Assembly (NCBI GenBank): GCA_040758355.1
Contig: JBFLWF010000001.1
Location: forward strand, 32,001-96,000
Source of the DNA: Nitrospirota bacterium
Lineage (GTDB): Bacteria; Nitrospirota; Thermodesulfovibrionia; Thermodesulfovibrionales; Dissulfurispiraceae
DNA length: 64,000 nucleotides
Reading direction: 5' to 3'
Part shown: positions 49,969-60,400 of the stretch, piece after piece
Layout of the letters: every line of letters starts with the position of its first letter
How positions within the stretch are numbered: position 1 is the stretch's first letter
The notes under the pieces: model-generated
Told to the model about the DNA's origin: nothing
Database searches by the model: none
What the model saw: only the letters and a program-made list of their open reading frames with translations
Made by a program: the position numbers and the translations under genes

Positions 49969-50806
49969 ATCTCCTCCTGAAATATCTGGCTAAGACCTTT
50001 TCAATATTATTTATGATGCTGTCCTTTGCATTTATTATAAATATCTTCGGCCTCTCTGTCTGTATCTCGAAAAGCTCACGCTCCATCCTTATAACTTCTG
50101 GAGGCTCTGAAAACCTGAGCTTCAGCTCATCCTCGAACATGGGGACCATCTTGTCCTTCATCCTTAATTCCGTATCCATGAAGAATATGGCTATCTCCGG
50201 CATGAGGTCATAAACCCTGTCTAAAAAGGCAGAAACCTCTTTTTGGTATACCTGCTTTGGAGGCGAGGACTTTATCTCCATGTAAAGGATTGAGCCGTCT
50301 ATCTTTGCGAGGAGGTCATAATCGCCGCCTATTCCCGGCCGTTTCATCTTTACTCCCCACACGGCCTCCGAGGCAAATTCCCTCTTGAATATCTCTGCAA
50401 CAAACCACTCAAGGGTTTCTCCAAAACTCTTGATAGGGCCTTTTTTAAGCCTATGGGCATTATTCTCGGGTGCAGTAAGACCTGTTTTGACAAGATAGCT
50501 TATGTATTCGCCTGTAACCTCTTTTGTTGCATACCTTGTCACCTGCTGAAGCATAAATAACGGCTGGTGCTTGATTACATCCCGCAAGAAGAGCCTGAAG
50601 GAATATCGTTTGAGCATCTCATAATATCCGTCAATAAAATTTTTTTCAGGGATTAAAAGGTCATCTGATGGTTCTTTCTTATAGATTCTAAAACCCCGTC
50701 TTTTGAGGATTGCAGACAGGGATGGAGTTAATTCGTTTAAGGCCTTTCTGAGCCGTTTAACCTCTGATCTGAGAAAATCGATTTCCGTTTGTTTTCCTTT
50801 AGACAC
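49961..50806 (-). CDS. Hypothetical protein with a C-terminal PD-(D/E)XK nuclease-like motif
   Basis: ETLEWFV...GGDYDLL...YMEIKSS. Confidence 0.55.
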   Translation of the reverse strand: MSKGKQTEIDFLRSEVKRLRKALNELTPSLSAILKRRGFRIYKKEPSDDLLIPEKNFIDGYYEMLKRYSFRLFLRDVIKHQPLFMLQQVTRYATKEVTGEYISYLVKTGLTAPENNAHRLKKGPIKSFGETLEWFVAEIFKREFASEAVWGVKMKRPGIGGDYDLLAKIDGSILYMEIKSSPPKQVYQKEVSAFLDRVYDLMPEIAIFFMDTELRMKDKMVPMFEDELKLRFSEPPEVIRMERELFEIQTERPKIFIINAKDSIINNIEKVLARYFRRRYE

Positions 50807-50826
50807 AAATTTTGAATAAAACCATT

Positions 50827-51219
50827 CTATACTATCTTGACAATAACCCTTCTGTGCCTTGGCCCGTCAAATTCGCAAAAATATACTGACTGCCAGGTAC
50901 CGAGGAGTGCCTTGCCGTCTTCTATTGCAACAAATTTCGATACACCCACGAGGGTCGCTTTTATATGGGCAGGGGAGTTCCCTTCCATGTGCTGGTAATC
51001 ACCCTCAAAAGGGATAAGCCTGTTAAGGGTTGTAAGGATGTCCCTTTTTACTGATGGGTCTGCACCTTCGTTGATGGTAATGCCTGCTGTTGTGTGTGGC
51101 GCATATATATAACAAATCCCGCTCTTTACGCCCGATTCCTTAATTGCCTCATGGATGTCATCTGTAATATCGATGAATTCTGTCTTTGCCTTGCTTTTTA
51201 TGTTCAGGGTCTTAAGCAC
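50827..51219 (-). CDS. yjbQ: YjbQ/UPF0047 family protein
   Basis: HTTAGITINE.ADP, GNSPAHIK, LGTWQ.VYFCEFDGPR. Confidence 0.9.
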   Translation of the reverse strand: MLKTLNIKSKAKTEFIDITDDIHEAIKESGVKSGICYIYAPHTTAGITINEGADPSVKRDILTTLNRLIPFEGDYQHMEGNSPAHIKATLVGVSKFVAIEDGKALLGTWQSVYFCEFDGPRHRRVIVKIV

Positions 51220-51673
51220 TGTACAATTCCTCCTTGATCTGTCTGATGTTTTTTTTCAACACGGGGTGTATCTTGTCAGGCGCAATCTCAGAAAGGGGAA
51301 GCAGAACAAAATCCCTTTTGTGGAGCAGCGGATGCGGTATATGAAGATGTTCCATGTTAATTACTATATCATCATAAAACAGGATGTCAAGGTCGATGAT
51401 ACGCGGCCCCCATCTGACAGTCTCTTTCCTGCCCATTTCTTTTTCCACTTCCTTTAGCGCCTTCAGTAATTCCTCTGGTGAAAGCCCTGTCTCTGCCTCC
51501 ACAGCCATGTTTATAAAATCGGGCTGTTCCTCTAATCCCCAAGGTTTTGTCTCGTACATGGAAGACGCTTTTTTTATGACAATGCCTTTATCCTTCAATC
51601 TTTCTATTGCATTCCTGCAATGAGCCTGTCTGTCTCCCATATTTGAACCAATGCCGATATAGATTATAGCCAA
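51212..51673 (-). CDS. folK: 6-hydroxymethyl-7,8-dihydropterin pyrophosphokinase
   Basis: IGIGSNMGD, YET.PWG, WGPRIIDLDIL, IPHP. Confidence 0.95.
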   Translation of the reverse strand: MAIIYIGIGSNMGDRQAHCRNAIERLKDKGIVIKKASSMYETKPWGLEEQPDFINMAVEAETGLSPEELLKALKEVEKEMGRKETVRWGPRIIDLDILFYDDIVINMEHLHIPHPLLHKRDFVLLPLSEIAPDKIHPVLKKNIRQIKEELYSA

Positions 51674-52840
51674 TTATAATACCTTTTTAATCCTCTCTAC
51701 TGCCTCTCTTATCCTCTCAACAGGCTGGGTAAGGGCAAACCGTATATATCCCTCTCCAGGTGAACCGAAGCCGACACCGGGTGTTCCGAGCACGCCTGTC
51801 TTTTCGAGGAGATGGGCAACGAATGTTGTTGAGTCAAAGCCCTTTGGAACCTTTGCCCATAGATAAAATGTTGCCTTTGGCTTATTAATCTGGATGCCGA
51901 GCCCTTTGAGCCCTTCATAAAGCGCGTCCCTGCGGTCTTGATAGATATTTCTTATCCTTGATAATACTGCATCCTCGGTCTGGAGTGCGATTATGGATGC
52001 CTCCTGAATCGCCTGAAACACGCCTGAATCAAAATTGGTCTTAATCTTGCCCAGGCCAAAAATCACATCTCTGTTGCCAACGGCAAAGCCGATCCTCCAG
52101 CCGGTCATGTTGTATGTCTTGGACAATGAATGAAACTCTATCCCCACATCTTTTGCGCCTTCCACATTGAGAAAGCTCATTGGCTTTTCATTGTCGTAGT
52201 ACATCTCTGAGTATGCTGCATCATGGCATATGATTATATTGTATTTCGCGGCAAGCTCTATAGCCTCTTTAAAAAAGCCTTCCGGGGCCACTGCAGCAGT
52301 AGGATTATTTGGATAATTCAAAAACATCAATTTTGCCTTTTTCAGTTTATCCTCAGGAATTACCTTGAAATCGGGCAAAAAGCCGTTTTCTTCCTTAAGA
52401 GGCATTATGCAGGACTCTCCTCCTGCAAACAATGTCCCTACAGGATAAACCGGATAGCCGGGGGATGGGACAAGGACAACATCACCCGGATTTACAAAGG
52501 CAAGGGGAATGTGTCCAATGCCTTCTTTAGAGCCAATGAGGGATAACACTTCTGTTTTTGGGTCAAGGGACACGTTAAATCTCTGCCTGTACCAGTTTGC
52601 CACGGCTTCCCTGTAAGAGATCATCCCTTCATATGACGGATAGCGGTGGTGTGCCGGCTTATCAACCGCCTTTTTCATGGCATCAACTATATGCTGAGGC
52701 GTAGGGATATCAGGGTCTCCGATGCTCAGGTCTATAACATCAACACCCCTTGAAAGGGCATCCTGCTTCATCTTGTCAATGGCTGCAAAGAGGTATGGCG
52801 GCAGGCTTTTCACGCGGTCTGCCAGTTCGATCTTAATCAT
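51674..52840 (-). CDS. dapL: LL-diaminopimelate aminotransferase-like class I aminotransferase
   Basis: LPPYLFA, GSKEGI, NYPNNPT, HDAAY, SLSKTYNMTGWRIG. Confidence 0.8.
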   Translation of the reverse strand: MIKIELADRVKSLPPYLFAAIDKMKQDALSRGVDVIDLSIGDPDIPTPQHIVDAMKKAVDKPAHHRYPSYEGMISYREAVANWYRQRFNVSLDPKTEVLSLIGSKEGIGHIPLAFVNPGDVVLVPSPGYPVYPVGTLFAGGESCIMPLKEENGFLPDFKVIPEDKLKKAKLMFLNYPNNPTAAVAPEGFFKEAIELAAKYNIIICHDAAYSEMYYDNEKPMSFLNVEGAKDVGIEFHSLSKTYNMTGWRIGFAVGNRDVIFGLGKIKTNFDSGVFQAIQEASIIALQTEDAVLSRIRNIYQDRRDALYEGLKGLGIQINKPKATFYLWAKVPKGFDSTTFVAHLLEKTGVLGTPGVGFGSPGEGYIRFALTQPVERIREAVERIKKVL

Positions 52841-53000
52841 TATGAAGCCTCCTTTAAAGCAACGAGGAATTTTTAGGCACGTATATTTTATCGCAGAAAC
52901 CTGCAAAAGGTCAAAAAATAGGCTTAGAAATAAAAAGGGACGGCATTTTATTACCGCCCCTTCTTTATCCAGTATTTATTTTGGCAGTATTTATTTCGGT

Positions 53001-53378
53001 TTATTTCTTTGCCGGCTTTGCTGGTTCAGCAGGCTTTGCAGGTTCTGCGCCTTTTTTCTCTGTCTTTGCGGGCTTTATCTCAATGCTTTTCGCAATATTT
53101 TTCCCATCCACTTCAGAGTACTTCACGGTCACCTTATCGCCAACCTTTACATCGGAAAGGGATTTTTTCTCTTTCTCTGCTTTTACCACGGTCTTTTCAT
53201 CGGTTGAAATAACGACCTCGGCTTTTTTACCTTTTACTGTCAGGGATTTGGCTGCTGCATCCACTGCTGCGACATCGCCTGTAATATGTTTTACCTTCAC
53301 CTTCTCCTTTGCGACAGCTACGCCTGCAATGGAAATAACAAGGAGAATCGAAAGCACAATTGAAAATACCTTCTTCAT
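53001..53378 (-). CDS. Small exported Lys-rich beta protein (OB-fold-like)
   Basis: Signal peptide, ITGDVAAVD...LSDVKVGDKVTVKY, PAKPAEPAKPAKK tail. Confidence 0.7.
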   Translation of the reverse strand: MKKVFSIVLSILLVISIAGVAVAKEKVKVKHITGDVAAVDAAAKSLTVKGKKAEVVISTDEKTVVKAEKEKKSLSDVKVGDKVTVKYSEVDGKNIAKSIEIKPAKTEKKGAEPAKPAEPAKPAKK

Positions 53379-53410
53379 TAAAAACCTCCTCAACAGTTTG
53401 TAATACAAAC

Positions 53411-53440
53411 AAAGGGCAGGTTGTGTATCACCTGCCCTTT
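53411..53440 (-). terminator. Hairpin between the two small exported-protein genes
   Basis: AAAGGGCAGG...CCTGCCCTTT. Confidence 0.6.
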
Positions 53441-53453
53441 ATCGGAGAAGCAA

Positions 53454-53705
53454 TTATTTCTTCTCTTCTTTCTTTTCTTCCTTCTTCTCTTCTGCTTTCT
53501 TTTTCTTCTTCTTCTTGTCTTTCTTCTCTTCCTTCTTATCAGCAGCCTTATCCTCGGCCTTCTTCTCCTCCATCTTCTTCTCCTCGGCCTTTGGAGATGC
53601 CTTGTCAGCCTTTGGAGCTGCTGCTGGCTTCTCTGCTGCGAATGCAACTGTTGTCATTGCAAAAGCAAAAAGAAGTGCTACAACCAATGCTATGACCTTC
53701 TTCAT
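53454..53705 (-). CDS. Small exported Lys/Glu/Ala-rich disordered protein
   Basis: MKKVIALVVALLFAFAMTTVAFA signal then KAEEKK-type repeats; GGAGGTG RBS. Confidence 0.75.
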   Translation of the reverse strand: MKKVIALVVALLFAFAMTTVAFAAEKPAAAPKADKASPKAEEKKMEEKKAEDKAADKKEEKKDKKKKKKKAEEKKEEKKEEKK

Positions 53706-53760
53706 TATTTAATCACCTCCCTTTTTTTAAGAATTCCCCAATCTTTGGCAGACCCGATTA

Positions 53761-53776
53761 TACAATTTATATGCCA
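53761..53776 (-). promoter_or_regulatory. Putative sigma54 (-24/-12) promoter
   Basis: Minus strand TGGCATATAAATTGTA versus consensus TGGCACG-N4-TTGCW; directly downstream of a sigma54 activator gene. Confidence 0.6.
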
Positions 53777-53836
53777 AATTCAGTAAACATTAAAAAACCT
53801 TATTTGTCAGTGAGATTATATGTGGAGGTTTTAGAT

Positions 53837-55222
53837 TTAATTCTTCTTTTGGGAAGGTATATCCTCTTTTGAGGATATATTGAACTTTTCGAGCCTGTAC
53901 CAGAATGTTTTATAACTCATGCCGAGCAGTCGGGCTGCCTTTGCTGCCACATTATTTGCCTTGGTCATTGCCTTCTTTATTAATTCCTTTTCCAGTTCCT
54001 CAAAATTGATGCCCTCATCAGGGATCTCTATGTCCAGAATGCCCCTGTCGGTTGGAAGCCGCAATTCGCCCTTGATGTCATCGAGATTTATCATGTCGGT
54101 ATCGCTCATTAAAACAGCCCTTTCGATAACGGATTCCAGTTGCCTGATATTGCCGGGCCAGTGGTAATCCATAAGCGCCTTTATTGAGCTATCGCTTATT
54201 CCCTTGATCCTCTTGCCGAACTCATTGTTGTACTTGTCGGTAAAGAATTTTACAAGGGATTGGACGTCCTCCTTTCTGTCTCTCAAAGGAGGGAGGCCCA
54301 CTGTTACCACTTTAAGCCTGTAGTATAAGTCTTCCCTGAAACCGCCTTTTACTACCTCTCTTTCGAGATCCTTATTGGTTGCTGCTATTATCCTGACATC
54401 GACCTTTATGCTGTCTTTTCCGCCTATCCTCCTGATCTCTTTATCCTGCAGGACCCTTAATATCTTGGTCTGCATCAGAAGCGGTAAATCACCTATTTCG
54501 TCCAGGAAAAGGGTTCCTTTATCCGTTGATTCGAAGAGCCCTATTTTTCTATGTGTGGCGCCGGTGAATGCCCCGGGCTCATAGCCGAACAACTCGCTTT
54601 CGATAAGGTTTTCCGGTATGGCCGCGCAATTGATGGCAGTAAATGGACACGTCTTTCTCGGGCTGTTATAGTGTACTGCCCTTGCTATTAGCTCCTTCCC
54701 GGTACCGCTTTCTCCCTGTATCAATACAGTTACGGCGGTTGGGGTTACCTTCCTGACCACTTCCATGACTGCCTTCATGTTTTTGGATTCGCCGACAATT
54801 CCCTCTATCTTGAACTTTTCAAAGAGCGCATTTTTCAACCGGATATTCTCTTTTAAGAGATCCATTCTCTCGGTGGCCTTTTTAACAGTTAGGACGATTG
54901 AATCCTTTTCGAGAGGCTTTGTGAGATAGTCGAATGCCCCTTTCTTCATTGCCTCCACTGCCGAGGATATGGTGCCGTAAGCTGTCATGATGATAACCGC
55001 AGGCTTGATTAAATCATCCGGAATGGCATCCATGAGCTGCATGCCGCTCATGCCCCCCATCTTCAGATCCGTTATAACCACATCAGGATTTAAGGCTTTT
55101 ATGAGTTTGAGACCATCTTCTGCCGAGGGAGCTGTATGGACTTCGTACCCTTCTTCTTCAAGTATGGTTTGCAGGATGTCCCTCTGGCGATGTTCGTCAT
55201 CGATTACGATTATTACAGACAT
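53837..55222 (-). CDS. Sigma54-dependent response regulator (NtrC/ZraR family)
   Basis: Receiver domain, GESGTGKE, GAFTGA, FLDEIG, WPGNIRQL, Fis-type HTH. Confidence 0.95.
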   Translation of the reverse strand: MSVIIVIDDEHRQRDILQTILEEEGYEVHTAPSAEDGLKLIKALNPDVVITDLKMGGMSGMQLMDAIPDDLIKPAVIIMTAYGTISSAVEAMKKGAFDYLTKPLEKDSIVLTVKKATERMDLLKENIRLKNALFEKFKIEGIVGESKNMKAVMEVVRKVTPTAVTVLIQGESGTGKELIARAVHYNSPRKTCPFTAINCAAIPENLIESELFGYEPGAFTGATHRKIGLFESTDKGTLFLDEIGDLPLLMQTKILRVLQDKEIRRIGGKDSIKVDVRIIAATNKDLEREVVKGGFREDLYYRLKVVTVGLPPLRDRKEDVQSLVKFFTDKYNNEFGKRIKGISDSSIKALMDYHWPGNIRQLESVIERAVLMSDTDMINLDDIKGELRLPTDRGILDIEIPDEGINFEELEKELIKKAMTKANNVAAKAARLLGMSYKTFWYRLEKFNISSKEDIPSQKKN

Positions 55223-55224
55223 AA

Positions 55225-56679
55225 CTATGAAACCCCTTTTGGCAATGGAAGGATCAATTTTACCTCGCTGCCTTTGCCTTCGGTGCTGTCGAACTCAACC
55301 CTTCCACCGTGTTCCTCCATGACCCTCGTTGTCATGGGCAATCCGAGACCGAGGCCGTTCTGCTTTGTAGAAAAAAACGGCTCAAATATCCTTGAAAGGT
55401 TCTCTTGCGATACGCCGATGCCACTGTCTTTTATGGATAAAACAAACTCTTTGCCGGCAATTTCTGTTTTGATTACAAGCGTCTTTTCTTGCGATGTCTC
55501 CATTGCATGGAATGCATTGGCGATGGTATTCAATATGCATGATTTAAAGAGGTCTGTGTCCACATTGATCTCCACATCAGCAGAGTAATCTTTGATAATA
55601 CTTATCCCGTCTGCCTCTGCCTTTGCCCAGATAAGTGCCATAACATTTTCGAGGAGATATGAGGCCATCACTTTGTGAAGGTTGAGCTTAATCGGTCTGC
55701 TGTAATCGAGGAAATCGTTCACCAGCTTATTGAGCCTGTGCACCTCCTGTTTTATGCCGCTTATGAGATTGTCAAACCTCTTCCTATCCCCTTCATCTTT
55801 CGGCGGGTATTTTTCGCCTATATGGTCAACGCTCAGGCTGATAAAATTCAGGGGATTTCTGATCTCATGGGCCATATTCCTCGAAAGCTGTCCCAATCCC
55901 GAAAGATGTTCGGCCTCTCTCAGTTTTTCCTCCAGCGTGCGGGTTTCTTGCAGCTTTTGTACCATGAAATTAAAGCTTTTCGAGAGCTGCCCGATTTCAT
56001 CCCTGCTCTGTACAGGTATATTCTGATTGAGGTCTCCGGCTGCGACCCTCATGGCTGCATCAACTACATTCTGGATCGGCTGCGTGTATCGCTTAGAAAG
56101 AATGAATGCCATAACAATGCCTATTCCGAAGACAAAAAGGGTGGCTGCAATCCTTTTCAGTGCATTTATTCTGAGGATCTGCGAGAAGTCGTCCTTATTT
56201 ATCTTTAAATGAATATAGCCATACTGCGTATTTTCTGCAACAACAGGAAGTATTACATTATATGTGCTGCCTTCATCGGAGATCGGCTCTCCCAATTCTG
56301 CCCTGATGATAAGCTCCTTTCTCTTGTGGGTAATAGGCTGGCCTACCTTTGCAAGATTACTGCTTGCTACTATCTCGTCCGCATTGCTTATTATGGATAT
56401 CTCTTTAACACCTTTTGCATTGAGTTCTTTTAGATATTTCGAAAGCCTTGCCTCATCAGTAGCACCTGATGCCGTGACCTCTTCAACACCTACCTGTATA
56501 GCCTTCGTAAGCTCCATTGTCTGTCTTTCCAGTTCCCTGAAAAGGGCTTGTTCTGACTGAGAGTAAAGGAACATGAGCACCGAAATTAGGATAAAGCTGA
56601 GAAAAAGCATCATGAATATGAGTTTTCTGTTAAGGGAAAGATTGTAGGAGAGTTTTTTAAACATACCAAATAATAACAT
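55225..56679 (-). CDS. HAMP-domain sensor histidine kinase
   Basis: 2 TM, HAMP (RDEIGQL), AHEIRNPL, DSGIG, FFSTK, GLGLGL. Confidence 0.93.
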   Translation of the reverse strand: MLLFGMFKKLSYNLSLNRKLIFMMLFLSFILISVLMFLYSQSEQALFRELERQTMELTKAIQVGVEEVTASGATDEARLSKYLKELNAKGVKEISIISNADEIVASSNLAKVGQPITHKRKELIIRAELGEPISDEGSTYNVILPVVAENTQYGYIHLKINKDDFSQILRINALKRIAATLFVFGIGIVMAFILSKRYTQPIQNVVDAAMRVAAGDLNQNIPVQSRDEIGQLSKSFNFMVQKLQETRTLEEKLREAEHLSGLGQLSRNMAHEIRNPLNFISLSVDHIGEKYPPKDEGDRKRFDNLISGIKQEVHRLNKLVNDFLDYSRPIKLNLHKVMASYLLENVMALIWAKAEADGISIIKDYSADVEINVDTDLFKSCILNTIANAFHAMETSQEKTLVIKTEIAGKEFVLSIKDSGIGVSQENLSRIFEPFFSTKQNGLGLGLPMTTRVMEEHGGRVEFDSTEGKGSEVKLILPLPKGVS

Positions 56680-56700
56680 AGTATAATAATATAACTACAA

Positions 56701-57396
56701 ATGCTTATAGAGAACGCATCGAACATACTCAAAAAGATAAGTCATGCTGCAATGCGTGCAGGCAGAAGCCCTGATGAAGTAAAGCTCATTGCTGTCACAA
56801 AGACAGTCGGAATAGAAGCAATAAAAGATGCAATAGATGCCGGGTTGAGGATATTTGGTGAGAACAGGGTTCAGGAGGCACAGAAAAAAATTTCAGATTT
56901 GAAATCTGAAATTTCAAATTCAAATATCGAGTGGCATTTGATAGGGCATCTGCAAAAAAACAAGGCGAAATATGCAGTGCAATTATTCGATCTAATCCAT
57001 ACTGTTGATTCGGTCGAGCTTGCAGAAGAACTAAATAAACAGGCAGAAAAAATAGGAAAGATACAAAGGGTTCTTGTTCAGGTAAAATTATCCGAAGAGG
57101 AGACAAAGCACGGGATTTCTGAAGATGAGCTTATCCTGTTGCTTGAGGAAATAAAGAAACTGAAAAACTTAAAACTTGAAGGCCTGATGACCATGCCGCC
57201 GTTCTTTGAAGATCCCGAAAGGGCAAGACAGTACTTCAGGAGATTGCGGGAAATCAGGGATAATGCAGAGCAAAAGGGATTCAAACTCCCTGAACTCTCC
57301 ATGGGCATGTCTGGCGACTTTGAGGTGGCAATAGAGGAAGGGGCAACAATGGTGAGGATAGGGACGGCGATATTCGGAGAAAGGAATAGGCATTGA
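56701..57396 (+). CDS. yggS: YggS/PLP homeostasis protein
   Basis: LIAVTKT, FGENRVQE, WHLIGHLQKNK, LSMGMSGDF, VRIGTAIFG. Confidence 0.95.
   Translation: MLIENASNILKKISHAAMRAGRSPDEVKLIAVTKTVGIEAIKDAIDAGLRIFGENRVQEAQKKISDLKSEISNSNIEWHLIGHLQKNKAKYAVQLFDLIHTVDSVELAEELNKQAEKIGKIQRVLVQVKLSEEETKHGISEDELILLLEEIKKLKNLKLEGLMTMPPFFEDPERARQYFRRLREIRDNAEQKGFKLPELSMGMSGDFEVAIEEGATMVRIGTAIFGERNRH
56889..56923. repeat. 7-nt period array, in-frame in yggS
   Basis: aatttca gatttga aatctga aatttca aattcaa, encoding ISDLKSEISNS. Confidence 0.7.
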
Positions 57397-57417
57397 TTTG
57401 GTGTATTATAAGGGTAA

Positions 57418-60400
57418 ATGCTGAAAACATATTTTAAGCGCATATTCGACGTAGCAAAGCGTGGAGATGCCACAGAGCAAAGCTATTATTCATCTCTGGA
57501 AGAACTTCTGAAAAGCTATGCTATTTCTATCGGTAAGAAACACGTTAACGTTACTACTATCCCTAAAAAAACGGACGCTGGCAACCCTGACTTCAGAGTC
57601 TGGGACGGGAAGCAGCAGATTATCGGCTACATCGAAGCCAAAGCTCCGACAATCGAGTATTTAGACCAGATAGAGGCATCCGAGCAGCTAAAGCGCTATC
57701 TGCATATCTTCCCCAATCTGTTGCTTACCAATTTTTTTGAGTTCAGGCTTTATCGCAATGGCGCTCTGATGGACAAGGTTTTTATTGGCAGACCTTATCA
57801 TATCTATAAGCTCAAATCGGTCCCTCTGGTTGAAAATGAACAAAAGTTTTTAAATCTTCTTGAGAAATATTTCTCATTCTCTTTGCCGAAAGTATATGAT
57901 GCCAGGAATCTTGCGATAGAGCTTGCTAAAAGGACACGTTTCCTCAAGGATGAAGTAATTGCACAGGAATTGGAAGAAGAAGAGAAAAAAGGCAAGGGGA
58001 ATATCCTCAATTTCTATAAAGTTTTTAAAGACCATTTAATAAGCGGGCTTACGAAAGAGGATTTTGCAGACCTTTATTCGCAGACTATCACCTATGGACT
58101 TTTTGCTGCCCGCACAAGGACAGAAAACGGTTTTAACAGAAAGCTTGCATATGACAGGATTCCGAAGACAATCGGGATTTTAAAGGATGTTTTTAAGTTC
58201 ATCTCATTGGGCGATTTGCCGCAACAGATGGAATGGATTATCGATGATATTTCAGAGGTATTTGCTACTACCGACGTCTATAAGCTACTCGATGAATATT
58301 TTAACAAGCATAAGGGGAAAGACCCTATTGTTCATTTTTATGAAACCTTTCTCGCAGAATATGACCCGAAAACAAGAGAAAAAAGAGGCGTCTATTATAC
58401 GCCAGAGCCTGTGGTCTCTTACATTGTCCGATCACTTCATCATATCCTGAAAGAGCATTTTGATAAAAAAGACGGTTTTGCAAGTCAGTCTGTAACAGTC
58501 CTTGACCCTGCGGCAGGCACACTCACCTTTCTTGCAGAGGCTGCGCATCTCGCGGTTGAAGAATTCACTTCAAAATATGGAGAAGGAAAGAGAAAGGGTT
58601 TTATTAAAGAACATATACTCAAAAACTTCTATGCCTTTGAATTAATGATGGCGCCTTATGCAATAGGTCACCTGAAGATGTCTTTTTTGCTTGAAGAGCT
58701 TGGTTATAAGCTTCAAGCAGACGACAGGTTCAAGCTTTACTTAACCAACACATTAGAAATGGAGGAGCTTGCTCAAACCGAACTTCCGGGTATGGTTTCA
58801 CTTTCAGAAGAATCGCATTTGGCAGGCAAGGTAAAAAAAGAACAGCCTATTCTCGTTATCCTCGGCAATCCGCCTTACTCAGGGCACTCATCAAATATCG
58901 GCGATTGGATATCTAAAGAGATAAAAACTTATTTTCAAGTTGACGGCAAGCCACTTGGCGAGAAAAACCCAAAATGGCTGCAAGACGACTATGTTAAGTT
59001 CATCCGCTTTGCACAGTGGAAGATTGACCAAGCAGGCGAAGGGGTTTTGGGCTTTATAACAAATCATAGTTATCTTGATAACCCAACCTTTAGAGGAATG
59101 AGGCAGTCTTTGATGAAGAGCTTTGATGAAATATATCTGCTTGACCTTCACGGCAACAGTCTTAAGAAAGAAAAATGCCCTGATGGTTCTAAAGATGAAA
59201 ATGTCTTTGACATTCAACAAGGCGTTGCTATTGCGCTGTTTATCAAAAGAATTGGCTTAAAGAAAAAGATATCTCATTCTGAAGTTTGGGGCGTGAGAGA
59301 AGACAAATATACTTGGCTTAACAAGCATGATGTTAAAACAACGAAGTGGAAAACTATCAATCCAAAATCCGAATTTTATCTTTTTATACCGAGAGATGAA
59401 GGGCTTTTAAAGCAATACGAAAAGTATCCTAAGATTACCGATATTTTCCCCGTAAATAGCGTGGGTATTGTTACAGCAAGAGACAACTTGACCATAAAAT
59501 GGACATCTCACGAGATATGGCAAACTGTTATGAATTTTGTAAAACTTGATACCGAGTTAGCACGTCAAGCTTATAACCTTGGCGCTGATGTAAGAGACTG
59601 GAAAGTAGCGTTTGCACAGAAAGACTTAAAGGATAGCGGAATGGACAAAAAAAGAATAACTCCAATTCTTTATCGACCTTTTGACACAAGATATACTTAC
59701 TACACCGGCAAATCACGCGGATTCCATTGTATGCCTCGTCATGAAATCATGCAGCATATGATTAAGGATAATCTTGGGCTTATTACAGTTAGGCAGGTTG
59801 CTGAAGGTAACTTTAACCATGCTTTCGTGTCAGATGCAATTGTTGAAAGCAGAATTACACTCAGCAACAAAGGTATTGGATTTTTATTCCCACTATATCT
59901 ATATCAACAAAAAGACAAACCTAAAAAGAAATCTCTGAGCAGCATCATGATGCTCTTTGAAGAGCAGGCTGAATATGGTGTAAGAAAACCGAATCTGTCC
60001 CCAGTAATTATTGAGAAAATAACAAAGGCATACAAAAAAGAGCCCTCTCCTGAAAATATCTTCTATTACATCTATGCTGTGCTCTATTCAAATATCTACA
60101 GGCCAAAATATTCGGAATTTTTAAAAATAGATTTTCCGAGAATCCCTTTCACAAGCGATTATAAGACATTTAAAAAATTAGCTGACTATGGCGAAAGGCT
60201 TGTTGAATTTCACCTTCTGAAATCATCGGAGATTGATACCCCGATTGCCAGATTTCAGGGTGAGGGAAATGATAAGGTTGAAAAGCTGAGATATGAAAAA
60301 GGGAAACTCTGCATAAATAATGACCAGTATTTTGAAGGAATTCCTTTAGAGGTTTGGAAATATCAGGTCGGCGGCTATCAGGTCTGCGCCAAGTGGCTCA

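Noticed and set aside
52970..52999. 15-bp tandem duplication cagtatttattt(t/c)gg
   Set aside because: Two copies only, next to a terminator-like hairpin; best explained as a local duplication and unlike the 7/8-nt family.
53360..53786. Several overlapping low-complexity ORFs
   Set aside because: They are alternative-frame shadows of the Lys/Glu-rich gene 53454-53705, which has the RBS and signal peptide.
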